Shown here: piece after piece, positions 33,551 through 38,399 of the stretch | Position numbering within the stretch: the stretch's first letter is position 1 | Layout of the letters: each line of letters starts with the position of its first letter | DNA from: Candidatus Doudnabacteria bacterium | GTDB taxonomy: Bacteria > Patescibacteriota > Doudnabacteria > UBA920 > O2-02-FULL-48-8 | DNA length: 54,408 bases | Direction of reading: 5' to 3' | NCBI GenBank assembly: GCA_023246005.1 | Contig: JAHFJG010000008.1 | Location: 1 to 54,408, forward strand | Position numbers and translations under genes: made by a program | The notes under the pieces: generated by a model | Database searches by the model: none | What the model saw: only the letters and a program-made list of their open reading frames with translations | What the model was told of the DNA's origin: nothing

Positions 33551-34039
33551 TTGAAGGGCATGATCGTTTACTCATTCGCTTGGCGAAAAAAAGGACACAG
33601 TCCTTGCAATATTCGCTTAGCAGAAGGAGCTAAGCGAATCATCGAAGCCCAGGACGAACCAGTTTTGGTTTTCGCCCAGCGCACTACAGCGCTGGTTCTC
33701 AAAGAGCTTAGCGTGGAATGTCAGATCGTACCGAAGCGGTCAAGTTACGAAGGATCCGAAGTGCTCACTCGGCAGCCCGCAGAGGTATTTAAGGAAAACG
33801 GAATCACTGAAGTCATTCCCGTGGCTCAGCCGTTTCTGCAACTGACGAAGTGCATTCAACTGGTTCACAAGGAAGGTTTTCGGACTCCGTCGTTTTTCAA
33901 ACTCGTGTCCCTGATCGGTTGGATCGGATTTGATCGAGAATCAGTTCAACCTTGGACGCGAGGTCTGTTCCGGCTGGTGTTCTACACTGCCAGACAGATT
34001 CTGTTCAGCTACAAGCCACCGCCAGAACTTTCAGAATAA
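33551..34039 (+). CDS. Orphan protein D (~160 aa), G+C-enriched
   Basis: An AAGGAGG SD (33537-43) lies 7 nt before TTG 33551. Alternative starts are GTG 33530 and ATG 33560. Codon usage is foreign (CTG, CGG, CCG). Any DUF218/YdcF-like resemblance is only weak. Confidence 0.5.
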   Translation: MKGMIVYSFAWRKKGHSPCNIRLAEGAKRIIEAQDEPVLVFAQRTTALVLKELSVECQIVPKRSSYEGSEVLTRQPAEVFKENGITEVIPVAQPFLQLTKCIQLVHKEGFRTPSFFKLVSLIGWIGFDRESVQPWTRGLFRLVFYTARQILFSYKPPPELSE

Positions 34040-34180
34040 CCTCCACTCCGTTAGCAAAACGGGAAATGAGTAATTTGCTTTAGAGAATCTATTTCTTCTC
34101 AAACTCTCGAATGAATCGCTCAGGACTCGCGGCATGTCGCTGCGGTCCCCCGTCTGCGGACGGAGAGGGAGGGTAGGCCG

Positions 34181-34540
34181 ATGTCGAACCCGAACCTGGT
34201 GGCCCCGGAGCTCGAGACCCTGGCGCGCGACCTTTCGCAGTCGTCTTCCGTTGAGGTGTTCTACCTCGACGACCAAGGCGCACCGCAGAAGGCCGCGTAC
34301 TACTCCCAATCATTGGGGGACGCCGTCCGTATCGAGATGAAACCACACCTCGTGGTAACTCGTCAGATACAGGACGACTCCGACCCCGAGAGCTGGAGTA
34401 CCGAAGATGTTTCCATCCCACTCGAAAGAGTGCTGATGGCCAACATCTCGGTGAGCGATGAATGGGCTCCCTCCGGGGAGATCCAGTCATCGCAGTGGGT
34501 CAACGGCCCCCACGGCAAACTCCTGCGGCTCGTGCCGTAG
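34181..34540 (+). CDS. Orphan protein E (119 aa), strongly G+C-rich
   Basis: A GGGAGGG SD lies 7 nt before the ATG. G+C is 219/360, and 94/120 codons end in G/C by hand count, which is coding-type periodicity. No family was recognised. Confidence 0.65.
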   Translation: MSNPNLVAPELETLARDLSQSSSVEVFYLDDQGAPQKAAYYSQSLGDAVRIEMKPHLVVTRQIQDDSDPESWSTEDVSIPLERVLMANISVSDEWAPSGEIQSSQWVNGPHGKLLRLVP

Positions 34541-34576
34541 GAGTTCAGGGGACCCGCGGCAATCATGCAAAGTGCT

Positions 34577-34621
34577 GATGGGACATTCTCCCATCCCCGG
34601 CAACAGCTTGTCTGTTGCCGG
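34577..34621 (+). other. Two GC-rich hairpins in the 3' UTR of gene E
   Basis: The hairpins are GATGGGA/TCCCATC (34577-34595) and CCGGCAACAG/CTGTTGCCGG (34597-34621). They lie directly upstream of the terminator. Confidence 0.5.
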
Positions 34622-34626
34622 GCACG

Positions 34627-34672
34627 CCCCGTACCGTCCGCCTCCGGCGGACTGGTGCGGGGTTTTCTTTTT
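34627..34672 (+). terminator. Intrinsic terminator of the D-E operon
   Basis: The structure is CCCCGTACC-[GTCCGCC/GGCGGAC]-GGTGCGGGG followed by TTTTCTTTTT. It has the same architecture and tail as 29172-29222. Confidence 0.7.
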
Positions 34673-34724
34673 GCCCAAAATTATTACTAACTGATTATTA
34701 GTAATATATTACATATTGTCTATA

Positions 34725-34754
34725 TTTTTGTCCGATCGGTCAGTTTTTTAGACA
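34725..34754. promoter_or_regulatory. Operator unit 3' of regulator paralog 2
   Basis: TTTTTGTCCGATCGGTCA... matches 35246-35275 at 27/30 positions, in direct orientation. It ends 1 nt before the regulator's stop codon. Confidence 0.55.
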
Positions 34755-34755
34755 G

Positions 34756-35229
34756 CTAAAAATTATAGTTTATTTTTCCATCAATAATTGAAACATGTGG
34801 TCGAATATTTAATTCTTTAATTATTTGCTTAATATCATCAGTAACAATAAACGGCGCGATCAGTACGCTCTTTTGTAAGTTAATATAACCGCTTCTTTGC
34901 AAATGCCGACGAAAAATTGTGCGTTGCCTGGATTTTTCTTCAGGAATATCAAAAATTATAATGGTACTCAAGCCATCTTGCCTATTTCTTTTTTGGATTG
35001 GTTTATGTAGTAAGCCCCTGCCTTTTGCTGTTAAAAAATATGCGCTTCGACTTCCTGATTTTTTCTTTAAAATCATACCTCGTTTTTCTAGCCTATTAAG
35101 CGTAGCATAATAGGTTGCTCTTGGAATTGGCCTAAATCGCAATTTACCTGGAGGAGTGGTTATAAAAGTTAACAAGCCGTCCGCGGCCTCATCTATCATT
35201 TGTAGTAAATATTCGGCATAACTATTCAT
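34756..35229 (-). CDS. wHTH + Cas2/VapD-like-fold regulator (PaaX-like), paralog 2
   Basis: It has the motifs YYATLNRLEKRGMILKK...YFLTAKGR and TIIIFDIPE..RRHLQRSGYINLQKSVLIAP..VSIIDG. By eye it is about one-third identical to 29320-29841. Confidence 0.7.
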   Translation of the reverse strand: MNSYAEYLLQMIDEAADGLLTFITTPPGKLRFRPIPRATYYATLNRLEKRGMILKKKSGSRSAYFLTAKGRGLLHKPIQKRNRQDGLSTIIIFDIPEEKSRQRTIFRRHLQRSGYINLQKSVLIAPFIVTDDIKQIIKELNIRPHVSIIDGKINYNF

Positions 35230-35235
35230 ACATTG

Positions 35236-35277
35236 ATTGTATAATTTTTTGTCCGATCGGTCAATATTTTATACATT
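35236..35277. promoter_or_regulatory. Divergent promoters sharing the palindromic operator of paralog 2
   Basis: On the - strand TTGACC (35264-59) is followed by a 17-nt spacer and TACAAT (35241-36), with the ATG 6 nt downstream (leaderless). On the + strand TTGTCC (35249-54) is followed by a 17-nt spacer and TACATT (35272-77). Confidence 0.55.
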
Positions 35278-35308
35278 GTCACAAATCTTAATAGATAAAA
35301 TCGACAAA

Positions 35309-35378
35309 AATCAGTAGGTTCTTTTGGATTGATCCTGCAACACTTTTGCGAGGTTCAACTGAACTTACTGATTTTTTT
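35309..35378. terminator. Bidirectional long-range hairpin (13 bp) flanked by A-run and T-run
   Basis: AATCAGTAGGTTC (35309-21) pairs with GAACTTACTGATT (35361-73), with one G-T pair and a 39-nt loop. AAAAA lies upstream and TTTTTTT downstream. Confidence 0.5.
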
Positions 35379-35391
35379 CGTGCGAATTAGG

Positions 35392-35532
35392 CCCAGTATA
35401 TCAACTTCGATAATGGTCTGTCTGCTTTTGCGATCTAGTAAAATTAAACTCTCAATTTTACGTCGATGAACGATCTAGCTTTGATCGGTCCAACCATTTG
35501 AACGCAAAAGCGATCGAAGTTGTATTACTGGG
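35392..35532. repeat. Palindromic ~145-nt intergenic element, copy 2
   Basis: The arms are CCCAGTATATCAACTTCGAT (35392-411) and ATCGAAGTTGTATTACTGGG (35513-32). Inner pairs are AATGGT/ACCATT and GCTTTTGCG/CGCAAAAGC in the same crossed order as copy 1. Confidence 0.6.
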
Positions 35533-35664
35533 TGGGCTTAACCATAATCAGCTTAGATTATCAAAATTTGAGCGTCAAAATAATTTATTATTTATCAAAA
35601 ATATAGCTTTTTTCATAGCGCTGTGTAGAACCTGTGAGCAAACCGTGAGTAAGCAGTGGAGTGG

Positions 35665-35697
35665 ATCCCCGCTTTCGCGGGGATGGTTTTTATTTTT
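35665..35697 (+). terminator. Intrinsic terminator, + strand
   Basis: ATCCCCGC-TTTC-GCGGGGAT is followed by GGTTTTTATTTTT. There is no U-run on the opposite strand. Confidence 0.65.
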
Positions 35698-35725
35698 AAA
35701 ATGCTCAAAAATAAAAAACCAACTT

Positions 35726-35960
35726 AAAAACCACCTTACGGTGATTTTTAATTGAACCGGTGTGCTGCCAAACCCGCTAACTTCGCTCTTACGAACTCCA
35801 CTAGCCTGGGAATTGGTCCAAGAGGTTGCCCTTACTTGTTCTACACCCAAGTCGTTTCTTACTTAAGCGTACCAATTCGGATTCAACAGTGCCTGATCCT
35901 CGAACAGCCTTTTTAGAGCCGTCCTGCCTAATAAAGATTGCTCTTTACCAAGACCATGGT
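35726..35960 (-). ncRNA. Candidate ~235-nt structured RNA of unknown class
   Basis: A consensus promoter lies upstream and a GNRA-capped hairpin plus U5 lies at the 3' end. Several hairpins can be drawn by hand, including UAAAGA-GCAA-UCUUUA and a 38-nt CCC..GCUA..UUCG/CGAA..UAGC..GGG stem. The only ORF runs through two terminators. Confidence 0.55.
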
Positions 35961-35966
35961 GAAAGC

Positions 35967-35995
35967 ATTATAGAAACGACAAAAATATCGGTCAA
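35967..35995 (-). promoter_or_regulatory. Promoter of the candidate structured RNA
   Basis: TTGACC (35995-90) is followed by a 17-nt spacer and TATAAT (35972-67). The -35 is embedded in ATCGGTCAA, which is an operator half-site. Confidence 0.65.
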
Positions 35996-35996
35996 G

Positions 35997-36025
35997 GAAA
36001 AATAAAAACCTATGCAAATCATAGG
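35997..36025 (-). terminator. Intrinsic terminator downstream of the second mreB
   Basis: On the minus strand CCUAUG-AUUUG-CAUAGG is followed by UUUUUAUUUUUU. Confidence 0.6.
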
Positions 36026-36038
36026 ATTTAAAGATTTT

Positions 36039-36090
36039 TTATCCAAATTGTGCATAAACTGTGCGTAAACTTTGGATAATTTGTGCAGAA
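36039..36090. promoter_or_regulatory. Cluster of five DnaA-box-like 9-mers
   Basis: TTATCCAAA (36039-47) and its inverse TTTGGATAA (36071-79) have one mismatch each to TTATCCACA. The + strand also reads TGTGCATAA, TGTGCGTAA and TGTGCAGAA, the reverse complements of TTATGCACA, TTACGCACA and TTCTGCACA. Confidence 0.3.
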
Positions 36091-36136
36091 AAAACCGCAT
36101 TAATTGCAAATGTCAACCTAGCAGGCGAAGTCTGGC

Positions 36137-37144
36137 CTATTTACTAGCCAAAATGCTCTTTTTGTAACTATCCAAATTATCCAAAGCCACGCCAGTGCCT
36201 TTCACAACGCACAAAATCGCGTCTTCAGCCACATAAGCTGGCACCCCGGTTGATTGGCCAATTAGTTTATCCAAATTTTTCAGCAAAGCAGTGCCGCCGG
36301 TCAGAACCATACCCTTGTCTATAATGTCTGCTGCCAATTCAGGCGGGGTTTCCTGCAGGACAGAACGAATGGCTTTGATTATTTCTCTAAGTTCTTCTTG
36401 AATGGCTTCCACGACTTCGTTTGTGGAAATTGTCACAGTCTTGGGCAAACCTTGCAGCATATCGCGCCCACGGATTTCCATGGTCAGTTCTTTTTCCACT
36501 GGCATGGCCGAGCCAATTCTGATTTTAATTTCTTCAGCCGTTCTGTCCCCCACTGCCAAACCGTATTTTTTTTTGATAAAATCCGCAATCGCCTGGTCCA
36601 TTTTATTACCCGCTACCCGCACAGAGGTTTGAGTGACAATACCGCCAAGGGACAGAATCGCCACATCAGTCGTCCCGCCGCCCATATCTATAACCATATT
36701 GCCAGAGGCTGCAGAAATATCAATGCCAGCGCCAATAGCCGCGGCCACTGTTTCCTTAATTACAAAAGCCGCTTTTGCCCCTGCGGCTTGAGCCGCGTCA
36801 ATCACGGCCCGGCGTTCCGTGGAGGTAATGCCTCCTGGAACTGAAATCATGACTTCTGGGCGAAAAAATCTGACATTGCCAACGGTCTTGTTTATAAAAT
36901 AACGAAGCATAGCTTCGGTTATGCGATAATCAGCAATCACACCATCCTTCATTGGTCGATGCGCTACAATCGTATCAGGAGTCCGCCCCAGCATTTCTTT
37001 GGCTTCCGCTCCCACAGCCAAAATTCGATTATCAATAATCGAAATCGCAACCACGGTTGGCTCGTTGATGACTATGCCTTTTTTCGGCACATAAACTAAG
37101 GTGTTGGCTGTGCCTAAATCAATCCCAATCTTTTTTAAAAACAT
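36137..37144 (-). CDS. MreB-like actin homolog (second paralog)
   Basis: The start was chosen at ATG 37144 (MFLKKIGIDLGTANTLVY). It has the motif DMGGGTTDVAIL. It lies downstream of murA-murB. Confidence 0.88.
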   Translation of the reverse strand: MFLKKIGIDLGTANTLVYVPKKGIVINEPTVVAISIIDNRILAVGAEAKEMLGRTPDTIVAHRPMKDGVIADYRITEAMLRYFINKTVGNVRFFRPEVMISVPGGITSTERRAVIDAAQAAGAKAAFVIKETVAAAIGAGIDISAASGNMVIDMGGGTTDVAILSLGGIVTQTSVRVAGNKMDQAIADFIKKKYGLAVGDRTAEEIKIRIGSAMPVEKELTMEIRGRDMLQGLPKTVTISTNEVVEAIQEELREIIKAIRSVLQETPPELAADIIDKGMVLTGGTALLKNLDKLIGQSTGVPAYVAEDAILCVVKGTGVALDNLDSYKKSILASK

Positions 37145-37145
37145 G

Positions 37146-38399
37146 CTAGTCTTCTCTCTTAATGTCTGCTCCAATTGCGCTCAAACGTTCCTCAAGATTT
37201 TCATATCCTCTATCCACGTGCTCAACCCCTTCAATTTCCGATTCCCCAGAAGCTGTCAGGGCCGCGATAACCAAGGTGATTCCCATTCGCAAATCATAGC
37301 TAGTTATTTTAGCAGAATGCAGGGGAGTTGGGCCAGTAATTTTTACTCGATGCGGATCCAAGACTTGAACATTGGCTCCCATTTTATTTAATTCCGGCAC
37401 ATAGCCAAGGCGGCTTTCATACATCCACTCGTCAAACAACGATTCGCCTTGGGCTTGGGTTGCTAAAACAGCCATAGGCGGCATGAAGTCTGAATTCAAC
37501 TTTGGATAAAATCCGCACTGAATTTTGGTCGCTTGATAATCGCTTTTGGGTTCAAAAACTTCCACAGAATCTTTATTAACAGCGAAATTGACATTCATTT
37601 TCCTAAGCTTGAGCAAGTAATCTTCTAAATTTTCTGAATTGAGTTTGGATATCTTAATGTGACTCTTCGTGGCTGCTGCCAGCGTTATGAAACTGGCAGC
37701 TTCTTCGCCGTCAGCAATTATCTTCAGATCTACGCCACTTAATTTTTTCACACCCTCAATAATAATCGTCGGCGTGCCGAAACCAGAAATTTTTGCTCCC
37801 ATCTTTTCGAGCATGGCGCCCAAACACTGGACATGCGGTTCCATAGCCGCCAGCCTAATCACAGTCTTGTCAGTTGCTAGGCTGGCGGCCATCATGGCAT
37901 TTTCTGTAGCAGTGACAGAGGTTTCTTCAAGGACAATTTTACTTCCTTGCAAATTTTGCGCATTAAATTCTACCACTTCGCCGACTTTCACTTCAACCCC
38001 CAAATCTTTCAAGGCCGCAATGTGCGTGTCGATTGGCCTAACTCCAATTTTATCCCCGCCTGGGTGCGGAAGCGAGACTTTCCTTGCCCGTCCGACCAGC
38101 GGCCCAACTAGTAGTATTGAACCGCGGAGTTTGGAAACTAGTTCTGGATTTAAATTCGTTTTAACCAAATTTTTCGCTTCAATCAAAACTTCATGATCCC
38201 GCACTTCGACTTTTACGCCTAAGTCCCTTATGATTTCAGCCATTGTCATGACATCGCCGATCATTGGGACATTGGTTAAGCGGCAAGGCTCATCTGTCAG
38301 CAAACAAGCAGCCATGCAAGCCAGCACCGCATTCTTTGATCCGGATACTTCAATTTCCCCTTTCAAGTTTTTTCCGCCATTGATGATAAATTTGCTCAT
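37146..38399 (-). CDS. murA: UDP-N-acetylglucosamine 1-carboxyvinyltransferase
   Basis: The 417-aa product has the canonical MurA sequence (GSKNAVLA...; PGGDKIGVRPID). Confidence 0.95.
   Translation of the reverse strand: MSKFIINGGKNLKGEIEVSGSKNAVLACMAACLLTDEPCRLTNVPMIGDVMTMAEIIRDLGVKVEVRDHEVLIEAKNLVKTNLNPELVSKLRGSILLVGPLVGRARKVSLPHPGGDKIGVRPIDTHIAALKDLGVEVKVGEVVEFNAQNLQGSKIVLEETSVTATENAMMAASLATDKTVIRLAAMEPHVQCLGAMLEKMGAKISGFGTPTIIIEGVKKLSGVDLKIIADGEEAASFITLAAATKSHIKISKLNSENLEDYLLKLRKMNVNFAVNKDSVEVFEPKSDYQATKIQCGFYPKLNSDFMPPMAVLATQAQGESLFDEWMYESRLGYVPELNKMGANVQVLDPHRVKITGPTPLHSAKITSYDLRMGITLVIAALTASGESEIEGVEHVDRGYENLEERLSAIGADIKRED

Larger units (their letters stand above)
35284..35697 (+). 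ncRNA. Candidate + strand noncoding transcript (attenuated at ~35378 or terminated at ~35697)
   Basis: This is inferred from the + strand promoter at 35249-35277 and the + strand terminator at 35665-35697. It has no credible ORF. It contains palindromic element copy 2. Confidence 0.3.

Noticed and set aside
18905-34672. The G+C-rich segments could be metagenomic mis-assembly or chimeric inserts.
   Set aside because: This cannot be excluded without reads. It is disfavoured because every cassette is seamlessly joined to host-type promoters that overlap the promoters of essential genes, and to host-type T-rich terminator tails. There are four independent instances of the same arrangement.
34031-34694. 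Six additional long ORFs on both strands overlap gene E: 34031-34309(-), 34089-34490(-), 34134-34340(+), 34363-34566(-), 34458-34694(+) and 34487-34678(-).
   Set aside because: Their products are R/P/S/G-rich, as is typical of off-frame reads through high-GC coding DNA. Several run through the terminator hairpins. Only the 34181-34540 frame has an SD, an ATG and strong third-position G/C bias.
35498-35850. ORFs 35498-35755(+) and 35575-35850(-) lie in the noncoding hub.
   Set aside because: Both read straight through intrinsic terminators and the candidate RNA. Neither has an SD, and both are low-complexity. They are better explained as noncoding.
35726-35960. I asked whether the ~235-nt RNA is RNase P RNA, tmRNA, SRP RNA, 6S RNA, a T-box, or a cobalamin or TPP riboswitch.
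   Set aside because: I could not find the hallmark motifs:
- No GAGGAAAGUCC or ACAGAA..GGCUUA pair (RNase P).
- No tRNA-like 3' end with CCA context (tmRNA).
- No GGAA-capped AGCAG domain IV (SRP).
- No long closing stem with a central bubble (6S).
- No GGGUGGNACCGCG (T-box).
- No B12 box or CUGAGA.
- No downstream gene for a riboswitch.

Only a covariance-model search can settle this.
36039-36090. I considered whether the DnaA-box-like cluster is the replication origin.
   Set aside because: There is no dnaA or dnaN nearby and no obvious AT-rich unwinding element next to it. Gene orientation does not switch here, since both flanks are minus strand.
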